From the NCBI GenBank assembly GCA_040954595.2, contig CM082585.2, positions 11,263,351-11,327,350 on the forward strand: a stretch of DNA of 64,000 bases. Direction: 5' to 3'. This DNA comes from Balanoglossus misakiensis (Eukaryota; Animalia; Hemichordata). The translations under genes were made by a program, and so were the position numbers. This document shows, one piece after another, positions 26,501 to 39,096 of the stretch (the first letter of the stretch is position 1; each line of letters starts with the position of its first letter). Below the pieces are notes generated by a model that had not been told where the DNA came from, did no database searches, and worked only from the letters and a program-made list of their open reading frames with translations.

Positions 26501-29500
26501 TATTGCATTTACAGGAATAAAACCAGTAAGTTTCGTCGTTCGTGTCCAAAATACTCATAAACTCCCCTGTCGCGACGTTGGCGGTATTAGCCACTTGAAG
26601 TGTGGACTTTGGCTCCCCCAACTGTGGTATTTTGTGGTATTTATTTCGTCTTTTCGTGAGCGTATAAGTATCCCCTCCACCGATTGTGATATCATCAATC
26701 AGTCAATCTAAATTAGGTTTGCTGACGAAAAAGAACTTGTGATTTGGTAGCAGTCAGGAACATTTGAGGTGTTGTCGCGTTTGGCTTATGCGTTAGTTGG
26801 TCAAAACGGTCGATGTGTCCAGCAAAGAATTCTGTTCGCCATGGGTGCAAGTTATTGCGCTTGCCAAGTTATAAAACTACATCAGACAATCGTTGTTGTG
26901 AACTATAGTGGACCGTTGCAAATCAGCTGCTAGTGCTACTCTAAGGATAATCCAAAAATCCACAAGGTTTCATAACGTTCCTAATATAGCTCATTTCCCC
27001 CAATTTTCAACTTTCTGGTACGCTTCATGCGCACAGATCGACGAGGATTGTCAACTTACCGCTAAGGATAACGTCTGTGTACTATGGAGGTAAAGATAAG
27101 TTGAACATCACATTTGCGTAATCCGTTGATTTTTTCAGTAGTTTTATCTGTACCGTGAAATTGCCCACAAGCATCCAGTTATGCCTTCTTATCCGCTGGT
27201 GGCGTGGAAGCAAACGGATTATAATCACCAGTGTCTATCTACAGGTGGCCTGGCAGCCGAGAAGTGAACACGCATGCGGTACTCGTTACACGCATGACTG
27301 CACTGAGCTCTATGACAACGCAATTATTCCCACTCACTCTTTTTTAGTGGTTGAGGGCCAGGCATATACAAAGGCCGACGAGTGAAAGAAATTGATATTT
27401 TGTGTGGAGAATTGGACTGTATAAGAAAAGAGGAGCTCCACCTATATAAGATGATCTAATATATGTCGCACTACCCTAGGTAGACATTTTCTGCGCAACA
27501 CATTTTATGACATTATCAAGGGAGATACCCTAACTTATCCAATTCTCTAGTCTATCATTTTTTGCATTACAAAACGCAGACAAAAAGAAGATTAGATACT
27601 AGGCTTCCCTTAATTGCCCTGACTTGGTCAATTAGACATTAGTGATTAGTGCTGTGTTTTTAAGTTTTCTTGTCACCCCCCCCCCCCCAAAGTATGATCT
27701 TACCCCGTCCCTTTTTGTTATTTTGGTCTAGATCGTGGATAAAGTCACTCTGGTTACCTTGTTCTGTATTTGGTTGCGTAGCGACTGTCACGCCTCATTA
27801 ATTGACCATCGCGAGGAAAACAAACTGTCCAGCGTCCCACTTTAATGGCTCCATTAATAAATGCTCCATTTTCTCTTCAGACTGCCCCCACCCTTGTCAG
27901 TGATTTTTTTCCATAATTGTGTTAACCTTTAAAATCAAAGTTACGGGAGCGCTACCTTACTGCAAGGTTCGTATCAATCTTCGAAGTCCAACCTTCACGT
28001 TGTCGCATGTTACCATGGAAAAGGACAATATGTTTGTTTTTGTTTTTCACTCGTGTGTCAAAAAACAACAGGAAACACCTGAGAGCTAAGCTTAATATTT
28101 CATTGCGTGACTGGCATTGGAGGTACAACAGAACGTGGTCCCACCTGGAACCGACGCTGTAGCTATGGAAAGTTTCAACCTGTTTGTTTTTTACGCTGTC
28201 GATAATGTTGCTACTTCAGAACAATAATTGAACAGTAAAGATTTTTATCAGGCGACGTTTTGTGGTACTAATGGTACCAGAATTTCATTGGACTATGGTA
28301 TTCGCCGGTGAGGGTTCACTTTCCGCGGAACTTCAGGAATTCCAAATCTATTCATTCGTTCTTTTATTGCCACAATTAAAAAGGGATTGAAATAATTTTG
28401 CCAAATCATTCAATTACATGCATAATATATATTCACGGTGATTGCGACTAAGCGCTACATAGAGAACTAGCTTTTCTAAGTGGGTTGTGTACTATAAGTG
28501 GGCAGGCGTCTGGTTTAGTTTTTATTACATTGCAAAAAGTGCAGATTGTACTTCACAACACGTTAGTTTGCTTTGGAAACAAGCATGAAATCACTAGACC
28601 GTGACACAGAGTTCAAAACCATAAGAACAATATCAACACTGCTGACTCCAGACTTAATCGCCCGATCTATGACAATGACTCGATGGAAATACAAAGTATG
28701 TAACAGCTGGACGAGACGTGCGGCACACAATGAGACCAAACAAAACAGTTTCCTTGGTGATATGTGTATGCTTGTATTTTCAATAATTGAAGAGAAGTGA
28801 AACTGTTTTTGCTGATTATATAAAGTTTAAAACTTTGATGAGTTTTAGGCACTTACTACCTTAACATAATGTGGCAAATATGACCTTAATATGAAACGAC
28901 TGGCGTTCATCGCCGCATTGAGTGAATTCTCGCTACATGAAAAAAAATACCATTCAAGTTTGGGGAAAAAAAGCTAGTTGGTCGTTCTGATCTTTTCGTC
29001 GTCCTTTTCTGTGTTTTTTTTTCTTAACAGAAAGAAAACAATTCACACAAAAGGCCAAATAGGAGGTGCCTTGTACAGAACAAAATGTCTTGGCATATTT
29101 TCGCGGAGATTATAGACACTCGTAAGTTGGCATTCGGTAAGAGTAAACACACCTTTGAGATTCTCAGCCCACTGATCTCCAGCGAAAGTGTTGACTTCTT
29201 TGCCCCATCCTAACCTAAGCTTTGTCGGGAAATGGTTACTATTTACCGTCTGGCTTAGCAAAGGGACAGTGGGAGTAAACACTGCTATAGAACTTTTATC
29301 ACGCAACATTACGGCCTTGTTTTTATGTTTTATTCCGTTTTTATGTTTTATTGTTTTCTAAGGGGTGAACGCATGCACGCACGCATTGAATTAATAATTG
29401 AAAGAAACAGTGAAAATATATCGTTTGAGTTTTATGTTTATCTGTTTATTCTGAGAGAATTATGTTGATTGTCTGGGTTTTGCAAAAACTTGAGTATACG

Positions 29501-29611
29501 TATGCTATTTCAGCTTACTCGTAGGGATAATCGGTCGAGTCTGTTTAGCATCTTCATTGCTTTATGTTTCGCGTACAATGGGGTGTCTCAATACATATAG
29601 GTAGCACAGAC

Positions 29612-30333
29612 CATGGAGGTACTAGAGAGAAGGAGCGAGGACGGATTTAAGCGGATTAAATCCCTTTCTTCTGAAGTGTGATAAGCTTCTTAAGTCTTTG
29701 TGTTTCTGTGTCGATAGCGTCCTTTGAACCCACTGTGTGTTGCCGTCGATTTTACAGTTAGGTTTGCAAGATCTACGGGGTAATATTTCTATGATATTAA
29801 AAACGTTATGCGCACATCGCGGACGAGGGTACTACATATGCGCGGTGACTTTTACTTACATCTAGAGGTCAAGTTTACGCATCACCACTACCGGAAACGT
29901 GTCAGGCGGACGTCTCTGAAGGTTTGTAGCGTTATTTCTCTTGTTTGTACAACCAAAAAGTATGATTTTGAAATGAATATTTTGAGTTTGTAGCAATGTT
30001 CAGCAAAAAACAACAAGTTCATAAGTTTTATTTGAAAACCAATCTTCCCGATGCAAGCTGTCTTGTTAGTGTGAAATGGTGAGAAGTGCCCGACATTCGC
30101 CATTGTAATTGTCAGTGTAGAGACGTTCGGCACAGCAGTTTGGTCCGGTTGTTTATGCTTAGAGACGCAACGCCAGCTATGATTTGTTTATCTACGCAAG
30201 CGCACAGCTTTAATGAACGCCTATCAGGTGATAAAAGGTTGAGAGCCTAATGTTATCTGCAAACAGATTAAAACGCACATGGGGTTCATAGGAAACAATA
30301 GCGTCCTCGCTCCTTCTCTCTAGTACCTCCATG
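29612..30333. mobile_element. Non-autonomous DNA transposon (P-element-like MITE), 722 bp
   Basis: Perfect 32-bp TIRs (CATGGAGGTACTAGAGAGAAGGAGCGAGGACG at 29612-29643; reverse complement at 30302-30333) and a perfect 7-bp TSD CACAGAC (29605-29611 and 30334-30340). No transposase ORF inside. Confidence 0.88.
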
Positions 30334-32417
30334 CACAGACGTGCAAAGTGTCACTCCGCAAGGCGGCGTCTATCTCAAAGTCCACCATTCACTGTTGTTG
30401 TGTATTGTACAAATTAAATGGTTCGAACTTCACCATTATATGGGGTTCAAGTGTGAAAACAATGAGCTTTATAAAGTGCACAATGCTAACGGTTATGTTG
30501 TATTTTGTGTGGAATAGAGTCGTATTTCAATGTTCAGTTGAAGGGTCGCTATTCAACAACACGAAAATGTACGGCTAATCGAACACAATAGTCCCACTTT
30601 ACACTTCGATAAACCACTCCACGACTACTTTCTTACGGACGACGCTGAAAAATAACACTCGTGCTGGAGATTGATTGAATCGTTTACTCCAGTGCGACAA
30701 CGCTGACAACGGGCTAGACTGCTCCGGGGTTTAGATTACTGTTTAATGGCCGGACATTCTGTCAGAAAGCCCTGTTACCCGGACAGCGTTTGAAGACACT
30801 TAAGAACTAAGCAAATAGTGTTGTAATTTCAAGACAAGATAGAATTACCATGCATGGTTGCCGACAGAGTCCACATAAAATCGTGGACTCAACATAGACG
30901 CAGCACATGCAGACTATTATTACGCTAATGTTATCACGATAACATTGCAAACGTATAAACGTCATGAAATGTCAATAATAGAAATTCATAGCGTTTTTGG
31001 AATGTGACGGTATAAGTTGACCAGACGCTAATCATGCTGTATTCATAAACAAATATCACATCCACCAGAAATAGAAAATGTTATGCACCCGAGCCACTAG
31101 ATTTTGCATTGTGTGTACGGGTCATACTGTTTCATCTTTTACTACAATGATGCAACTGATTAGGTAGGACGACTCGTTTACAATCAGTTTTTCTTGCTCG
31201 TACACGAGGTGTCCTGACCTATATACATGGATGAAAACTCGCCGCTTGCCCCGAGAGCGTCGCTTTGAATGGCTTCTTCTCTGCTGCACCGACCAAGCGG
31301 AACGAGGCCGGACACGTACGTCTCTCTGGACCGTCCCGCGGCTTACATTTTGAGAAAACACAAAACACAAGTGGATAGTTTATTATAAACAATCCAAACG
31401 ACATCCTCTCCAGCCCTGTCTTAACTCTTCGTGACGTATAAGTGGTGAGACAAGGAGAAATATTTTGTCGGCCTTCAGTCCGAGACATGCAAGGCGTGGT
31501 TATTTTTGTTCCTTTCTCGTTGGTGTCGTTTGTCAAATTTTAACTCAATTCAACTATTAACATGTATTTATAGTTACCCAAAGTTTTTTTCAACTAAAAA
31601 ATGATATGATTTTACTTCGTTTAGCTAACCGTTAGAATACGGAGAATACCTCGACGGGGCTGTTCTCCTCAATGGCCAGGTGAGGTCAACTGTGCACACG
31701 TACATGGACTCCACTTTCTCTCAAGAAGAAAAACTCCACAGAGAAAAAAAAACAACTTACCTCCTGAAGCGGCCTAACGAAGGAAAATTCTCTCCTTCCA
31801 AGACAAATTGACAAGAAATGTTATCTTCAAACTTCGGACACCTCGTAACAACTTCAAAGACTGTCTTTGAAGTACAGTAGTCACATGCGCGATGACTTCC
31901 TTCTTCTCCGCCACAGGAGAACAAAAGTTAAGCGATCCTATTATTCGGTTTTTAAAAAAAGTGTCCCAGACGTCAAGGTCTCCTTGTCGTGGCCAACTTG
32001 AAAACTTCAGATATTGGGCAAAGTAAAATCACTTAATCATTAACCATATTCCTGGAAGAGAGAGAACAGGAGCCTTTCTATCAGAACATTTATCGGTGAT
32101 TTCCAACGACAATCGCGTGACCTAAAAGGTTGCGTTGCTGCCTTGCCAAAATAAACAAAGCATAACAAAGATGTGACAAAACCGAGGAATACAATAGAAA
32201 CCGGGGCACTACAATATGAATATGTCACCGAAACAGCGCCCCCAAGATACATGTATTACGATGCCCTTCATATTATCAGGTTAAGCCAGCTGTTGCGATA
32301 ACAACAAAAACAGGTAGATTTTCGCAATCGTGAAGGTGCGCTGTTATTCACAATTTGAGAAAATAAGCTAATTCACTTCTGGACATCCTCAGTCACATTT
32401 GCCGTTTGTCATCCTCA

Positions 32418-32430
32418 TTGTTGTTGTTGC

Positions 32431-32473
<43 letters not shown>

Positions 32474-32544
32474 ATGATTGAGTTGTTGTTGTTGTTTTTG
32501 GTGGTGGTGGTGGTGGTGGTGGTGGTGGTGGTGGTGGTGGTGGT
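32418..32544. repeat. Compound (TTG)n-(TGG)n microsatellite
   Basis: Direct reading. Confidence 0.9.
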
Positions 32545-32825
32545 TTTAACCATGCCTTCTCACTGAACACCACCATGGAGGCAGTTTTGATGACACCTGG
32601 CTTCATCCGACCAGCGTGGAATTTATCCTGTCGAAAATTGAAATCTCAAGATCCATTCAGTGAAGCCATAGATCCTGGGGTCTATGGTACAGCCAACTTG
32701 GAATTATGCCAAAATGTTTCTCAGTTGTCAACAACAGAGGGAGCTCTATACTGTGTGGACAGACAATTTCAACTCAGGACTGCCCAGCGTGATTACCTCA
32801 AGAGCGACTGCGTGCAGGGACTGTG

Positions 32826-32848
32826 CATAGACCTCTCTAGGGTCTATG
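32826..32848. mobile_element. P-like transposon footprint / minimal element
   Basis: CATAGACC-tctctag-GGTCTATG inverted ends flanked by a perfect 7-bp direct repeat GACTGTG (32819-32825 and 32849-32855). Confidence 0.65.
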
Positions 32849-33303
32849 GACTGTGTTATATCAAAACAAAACGAATAGTGATAATTGTGCAGACATTTAC
32901 AACTATTGTGTGAATTAAACAGCGAGTTTAAAATGAGTTAGCGAGAACAGGGTTTTTCACACAGCTAACAATAGCTTCGGTGCTAAAACAAAAGGACATA
33001 CGCGTGTCAAACATCCGCCACACACCTGGACAAATCACAAGAAGTACTTTCTGCGAACCCCACTGGTGATTGTTAGAGTTTTTATGAGAATCCAACGACA
33101 TGGAATGATGAAATAAGCGGTAAACACATTTTTTCTTAAATGTTTTTATTTTAAAAATGCCACTCAACGAAATTTCATTTACACGAAAATTCTAGTTCAA
33201 AAACACAGAGCATTTGTTGTACTCTGTGATATTGTACTATGGAAGTGTGGATGCAAGCTACGTGAATTATTGTATCTTCAGGCTATACATGCGCAAATGA
33301 ACA

Positions 33304-34290
33304 TTAATAGCAGGCAAATGCCAGTTTAAATGCTTTGCGGTATTTCTTGCTCATCATCTTGTAGAGCCATGGGTTGGCGGCCGAATTAACAAGCATCAGT
33401 GTGTTTGCCGCTTTGTCCAGTGACGTCATAAAATCACCATCTCCATCTTGCCACATCTCCCAACGATTTAACATCTTACAGACTATGCTTACGCCTTTTG
33501 GGAACACACAGATAAAGAATACCACGGTGTTTGCAATAGCCACCCGCAGAACCTGTACGCTTTCTTTTCGAATGGATTGATCGATCGCTACCGGAGAGAC
33601 CGATTTGGCCCGCCGTGACATTTCTGTCAAGATTTTTGAATACATAATGGCCGTAGTAACCAACGCTATGCAAATGGGCAGATTGAACATGGCCAGGTAT
33701 GTCGTGTCAATGGCCAACATCTGATTGGCCGCGGGAATCGTTTCATTGCAAAATATCATGGCGGACGATGCAATGCACACACTGACAACCCATGACAATA
33801 AGATTGATTTTAGACATCTGTTAGGAGTGTTGATGACGTGAGCTTTCCACGGGTGGCATATCGCGAGGTATCGCTCAAAGCTGATGATTGTTATCATGAG
33901 ACAAGATTCCTCCGAAGTAAGAACCGCCAGTATAACGCTCAGTCGAAGGGTAATTGTGCCGTCACCAACTGCACCGCCAAAGGAAAGCACGGTCGTCAAA
34001 ATCTGTAAACTAATATGCAAAGTATCGGCTATACTGAGATTCAGTAGGTAATAGTTTGTAACTGTTCTCATCTCTGCCATTCGTATCATCACAATCATGT
34101 AAGATAAATTGCCAAGCAAACCAATAAATGAAATTGTGAAATTTCCAACCATGTGAAATAGTTCAGCTAATGAAAACTGCACATTTGTGTCGCCTGCAGT
34201 GGTGTTGGTGTTGTTGAAATCACTATGGGTAGCTGTGTTGGCGAAGCCTCCTGTCGGCCATATTGATGTTTGGTTTGGCGTAGTGTTCAT
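33304..34290 (-). CDS. Class A (rhodopsin-like) orphan GPCR 1, peptide-receptor-like (TRHR/GHSR/NMUR-type motifs), 328 aa
   Basis: N-glycosylated N-terminus; GN in TM1; MRTVTNYYLLNLSIAD; ERYLAICHP; W in TM4; FFICVFP in TM6; NSAANPWLY; helix 8 SKKYRKAF. Confidence 0.88.
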   Translation of the reverse strand: MNTTPNQTSIWPTGGFANTATHSDFNNTNTTAGDTNVQFSLAELFHMVGNFTISFIGLLGNLSYMIVMIRMAEMRTVTNYYLLNLSIADTLHISLQILTTVLSFGGAVGDGTITLRLSVILAVLTSEESCLMITIISFERYLAICHPWKAHVINTPNRCLKSILLSWVVSVCIASSAMIFCNETIPAANQMLAIDTTYLAMFNLPICIALVTTAIMYSKILTEMSRRAKSVSPVAIDQSIRKESVQVLRVAIANTVVFFICVFPKGVSIVCKMLNRWEMWQDGDGDFMTSLDKAANTLMLVNSAANPWLYKMMSKKYRKAFKLAFACY

Positions 34291-35213
34291 CGTACTGAAC
34301 TATCGATGTGGTCATCCCACGCAGTCATAGAAACTGAAAAATATCAGAAAATAGCCATCTTGTATTAGCAAGACAATTCCATGCACTCTTTAAAAGGCAA
34401 ATAATACATGCAAATCATGAAATATTTTGTTTGAAAAAAATTGAAATCACAGCGTACTGTAGTACGTTACAGAAATCAACATCATAGAATTGTTGTTCAT
34501 TACTGAGTGTCTTCAACTTACCGTGTAAGCAACTCTTTCCGTCTGTTGGGAAACTTGAAAAGCAAAATCCCCACAAACCACGAGTTTTCTTCAAGGTGTA
34601 CGTACGATGATACCTTATGCTGTGTTCAAAATGCATCCAAGTTCTGAGGCATTGATGGTGGATGGGCGATGCGCCGTTTGATCCAGACGGAACTAAAGCT
34701 GTCACATTAGTGTCAAAGCTTAAATAAGGATGACAATTGTGACTGGCAGGTTGTCATGTTACGACGTGTAATAAATGTACTTTTCAATGATGTACATTAT
34801 CGATGATTTATTTTTCATATTAATACTGTATCTTTTCCCTTGTGTAAAATTCATATGGACATTCAACAGAAAATGTCTTCAGGGGAGTCTTATTTTATGT
34901 CTTGGATGTAGTTCTCTTTTGCCGATTTATAACAAAGAAGTAGGTCTAATTTCAGTAAAACGTAATAAAACTAGCGCTTGCAATCAATGTACATTTTGAT
35001 GTACAAAATAAGCCTCTGGGAGCACATGAATTGAAATGTCCCCAAAACATTAGGAGAACGTCACACGTTAGGCTAATATCAAATATCAGGCGCCTTTAAT
35101 ACATGTATCTGCGTTGTCGCAAAAGATCTCGTATCTTCAATTTTTCTAAGATATGAAAACATCACTGTGCTGATTGTTTAAGACACATGTATCATTGTGT
35201 AATCTGTAAAAAT

Positions 35214-36176
35214 TCAATAGGTAAATGCTTTTTTAAACGATTCGACATATTTCTTGCTGATCATTTTGTACAGCCAGGGATTTACAACAGAATTGAGAAG
35301 TAACAGACTATTTGCAGCTTCACCGAGATAATAAAAAGCATTAATGTGGTCTTCTGGCCACATGCCCCAACTGTACAACACTTCACATGTTAAGTATGCA
35401 AACATAGGGATTATACAGACGAAAAAAGCAACTGTGTTTGCTATGGCGACGCATATGACTTGTTGGCTTTCCTTTCTGATTGATTGGTCCAGCGTTGTTG
35501 GGGAAACCGATCTTGCTCTTTTGGACATTTCTCTCGTGATTCTGGAGTACGCCACGATAGTAGTGACTAATGCAGTGGTTATTAGAAGATTCAGAAGTCC
35601 AAAGCAGACGCTCTTCAAGACCAGCAACTGTCTGTCAATGAGGTATATTTTGCTGCAGAGTTCTGTTGACGGCAGCACCAGACAAGCGCTCACAATCCAC
35701 GACAAGAGAATAGACTTTCCACATCTGCTTGCTGTGTTGATGACGTGGGCTTTCCATGGATGGCAGATCGCTAGGTAGCGTTCAACACTGATGATAGTTA
35801 TCATGATGCACGATTCTTCGGCCGTCAGGATTGGGAGTACCAGGGCGACCCAACAAGAATACCTGTTGCCGCTCAGAGCCAATGGCAATTTGATTATGTT
35901 TATAACAATGTACGTGGTATCAGCGATAGAAAGGTTTAACAGATAGTAATTTGTGACCGTTCGCATCTCAGGCACCCGTATCATTACAAACATGAAAGAA
36001 ATATTGCCAATTAGACCTATGAACGCGACCACCACGTATAGAGTGATCTTAATCTCTATAAACATTTCGGGTATAAATATTGTGGACATTTCACCAGAAG
36101 TATTGTTGCCGGCTGTTGTGTTGACATTTGTGTACTCGTCGGGCCGTAATGCGGTTTGGAGAACTCTGCTGTTCAT
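35214..36176 (-). CDS. Class A orphan GPCR 2 (tandem paralogue), about 320 aa from MNSRV
   Basis: Same motifs (GN, MRTVTNYYLLNLSIAD, ERYLAICHPWKAH, FFVCIIP, NSVVNPWLY). Start placed at ATG 36176 by analogy with the paralogues (MN...); upstream in-frame ATGs exist. Confidence 0.85.
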   Translation of the reverse strand: MNSRVLQTALRPDEYTNVNTTAGNNTSGEMSTIFIPEMFIEIKITLYVVVAFIGLIGNISFMFVMIRVPEMRTVTNYYLLNLSIADTTYIVINIIKLPLALSGNRYSCWVALVLPILTAEESCIMITIISVERYLAICHPWKAHVINTASRCGKSILLSWIVSACLVLPSTELCSKIYLIDRQLLVLKSVCFGLLNLLITTALVTTIVAYSRITREMSKRARSVSPTTLDQSIRKESQQVICVAIANTVAFFVCIIPMFAYLTCEVLYSWGMWPEDHINAFYYLGEAANSLLLLNSVVNPWLYKMISKKYVESFKKAFTY

Positions 36177-36902
36177 TTTCCTGATATTACCTTTATCTGA
36201 AATAGACAAGTGTGCCATAGGTAAACATTCACGTTTTACCATCAAAGAGTCGTTCAGTTGCCGTGACCTGATCAAGAACTATGATTTCGGGTGTTCCATA
36301 TCGGAAAATTTGAGCAGTCTACATTTCACCACTCTCTTGATTAATCACCATGCAACCAAGTCCAGTCCAATTCCGCTTTTGATAAATTGTCGAAGACACT
36401 TCCCAAGAACAGAAATAGTAAACAAAATGTGTCGCTTCGGTTACCTTAGCACTGTCCAGATGTAATCCAGGGAAAACAGATAACGATCCAACATTCCAGA
36501 AGAATAACAAACCATCTGCATCAATTCGTTTGGTCATCAAAATTTATATAAGCGTCTTTATTAATGACATACGTTCTGCTCGTAATTGCAGGCAGTGGCT
36601 TCAGGGGAAACCATCATTGTCAAATCAATGTACATTGAGGTTGTCAAAACACACAATGCCGTAAGAGTTGAATACAGAAATGCATCTTTATTAATTTTCG
36701 CGTGGCTCAGGACAAACAACTTACATGTACACACAGATTCACAGATTAAAAACACATAGCAAATTAAAAGAGACAAAAGTTACAATTTTTATTAAACTCG
36801 GCATTAAGTTTAGCGTCATGCAAAACTTGACATATGGTACTTTCCTAGTAATCCGTTGCTATGGTAATTAGCCATGTCTCGCGAGATCTCGTACATGACG
36901 AA

Positions 36903-37835
36903 TCAACACTTTATTGACTGTTTCAACGCCCTGCGGTATTTCGTGCTCATCATTTTGTACAGAAATGGATTGATGGAGGAATTGACCATGACCAATAGGA
37001 ATGTCAATGTGTGAAGTTCAGCAGAGCCTTTTATCTCATACCCCCAAAGCGACAATGTCCGAAAGATGAAAGTCAGATACATAGGGAGGATGCAGACAAA
37101 GAAAACTACAGTGGTTGCCAGGGTTACACGCATGACTTGATAGCTTTCTCTTTGAATTGATTGGTCAATCGTTGCCGGGGCAACTGACTTTGCGCGTCTG
37201 GACATTTCTCGAATGATCATGGAATACAGTGTCAGTGTAGTAATTAGAGCTATAGCCATTGGCAGTTGAAAAAAGACATTTAAAGCAGTGTGGACAGCGA
37301 GGGTATCTACATCACCGGGCAAAACTCCTTGGCAAAAAATAACTGTGGGTGACGCCACACACAGACTTATTACCCAAGACAATATTATTGCCTTTAGACA
37401 TCTACTGGTTGTGTTGAAGGCTTTCCAAGGATGGCATATGGCCAGGTAGCGTTCGATGCTGATGATGGTCACCATTATGCACGATTCATCCGCGGTCAGG
37501 ACAGTGATCACCAAAGCCAGTGAACAGGAGAGTCTTCTTCCGAGGAGAGAAAGTAGCGCCCTGATCAGATGAAACACTATGAATAGTGTATCAGCGGCGC
37601 AGAGATTCAGCAAATAGTAGTTTGTGATTGTTCTCATCTCTGCCACTCTGATCATCACAAACACGAAGGAAATGTTGCCAAGGAGACCTATCGATGCAAT
37701 GATGCTGTATATAGCGGTGTGCATGTCTTCAGAAAGCCCTCCCGTCTGGTGCGTTCTACCAAAAGTCTCATTAATATCAGCGTCGCTTGAATTTACGGCA
37801 TACCACGATGGAGTGGGGATGGTAGTGGCGTTCAT
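36903..37835 (-). CDS. Class A orphan GPCR 3 (tandem paralogue), 310 aa
   Basis: GN, MRTITNYYLLNLCAAD, ERYLAICHP, FFVCILP, NSSINPFLY, STKYRRAL. Confidence 0.88.
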   Translation of the reverse strand: MNATTIPTPSWYAVNSSDADINETFGRTHQTGGLSEDMHTAIYSIIASIGLLGNISFVFVMIRVAEMRTITNYYLLNLCAADTLFIVFHLIRALLSLLGRRLSCSLALVITVLTADESCIMVTIISIERYLAICHPWKAFNTTSRCLKAIILSWVISLCVASPTVIFCQGVLPGDVDTLAVHTALNVFFQLPMAIALITTLTLYSMIIREMSRRAKSVAPATIDQSIQRESYQVMRVTLATTVVFFVCILPMYLTFIFRTLSLWGYEIKGSAELHTLTFLLVMVNSSINPFLYKMMSTKYRRALKQSIKC

Positions 37836-39096
37836 TTTCTGTTCAGCAGACGGTGATATTAGTATAGCAGATTCGATTGCTTGCCCAACGGTTAATCAAT
37901 ACAATACGTGCACTGCAATAAAATCAGATAAACGTGTTTATAATTTTGAAAGTCTAAAAGTCAAAGGCATTTTTGGCGTCTGAGAACGGTGCAAGTAAAC
38001 ACAGTTTGATTTTTTGCTAAGACTGCTATCCGAAGATACTTACCAGTGACGTTTGGCGGTCGACGCTATGTCTCTGCTGACTCAGGTGGACTAGAAACCA
38101 GAGTTATAATTTCAAATGGCAATACGAAGGGTTTTATACGCGAGGAAGATGAACAACGATTCCGAGAATGAAAACTATACCAGCTCTATCATGAATCTCT
38201 GGCGGCTTTAAGAAATTGTGTTCATGTTACAAATTTCGATCAAGGGGTTTTGAATTACTATACATAAATCGATTACAGATCTTCTAAACAGTCATGTTAT
38301 TATGGCAAAACACGTGACAAAGTTATTGGAGAGGTGTAATTACACGGTTTTATTATCGACACGATATGATGATACAATACTTTGTTATGTCACGACAACA
38401 CCGCTTGGAGCAATAGCCCGCTATGATATCTACGTGAGGTACATTTTGGTGTAGCCGATGGTGGAATAGCCAGCTGTTCTGTTGCCATGGGAACCTTGGA
38501 AGTTTCTAAAACTACACGTGCTTCCATTTATTATAAAAAAGACATCTGTATGCTGTTAGGAGCTCACCATTTCTCACAACAATCAACAAAATTACGTCTA
38601 TATTTTATGTCAATATTGCCTGAAATCAAAAATATGCATTCCAGTTTCTTTCGTTTGAAACATTAAATACCGATATATTTTTCATTTGTCAGTGGTAGGT
38701 ATATTAATCAACTGATGCCTACTGGCAAGTCATTATTACTGGCGCCAAGACGATATTGGAACCAGAGGAGAATTTATGTAATAATAGTTTGTCCACAATG
38801 CAAAAAAATAAGATTGTGCATTCACAATAAAACGTTCATGTATTTGAATAACAAGATACGAACAAACAGTTTTACTGAGTAGAGTAAGTTTTTATTTCTT
38901 GTATAGAAGTGAGTACATTGTATATACACAGCTAACTTTAACGTCAGCTGTTAACTGGGGTGTGGTTATTTTTGAACAAAACCTGATTAATATAAGGCAT
39001 TTTTTCATAAACTATAATAGCTACGGAAATTCACACTCGTAAAACAAAGAGAAACATTATTATTCATATTCATAACATAAAAAGGATATTAGTAAC

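Noticed and set aside
25660-27422. Possible pogo/Tc1-like element (TACAGTCAAAA...GTGGCCACC at the left, ...TTGGACTGTA at the right)
   Set aside because: Only about 7-10 bp of inverted match and no transposase similarity seen; too weak to call without a repeat library.
31122-31800. GC-rich segment with short minus-strand ORFs and a strong donor (CAGGAG|GTAAGT near 31760)
   Set aside because: Could be a non-coding exon, but no convincing protein similarity or matching acceptor was found.
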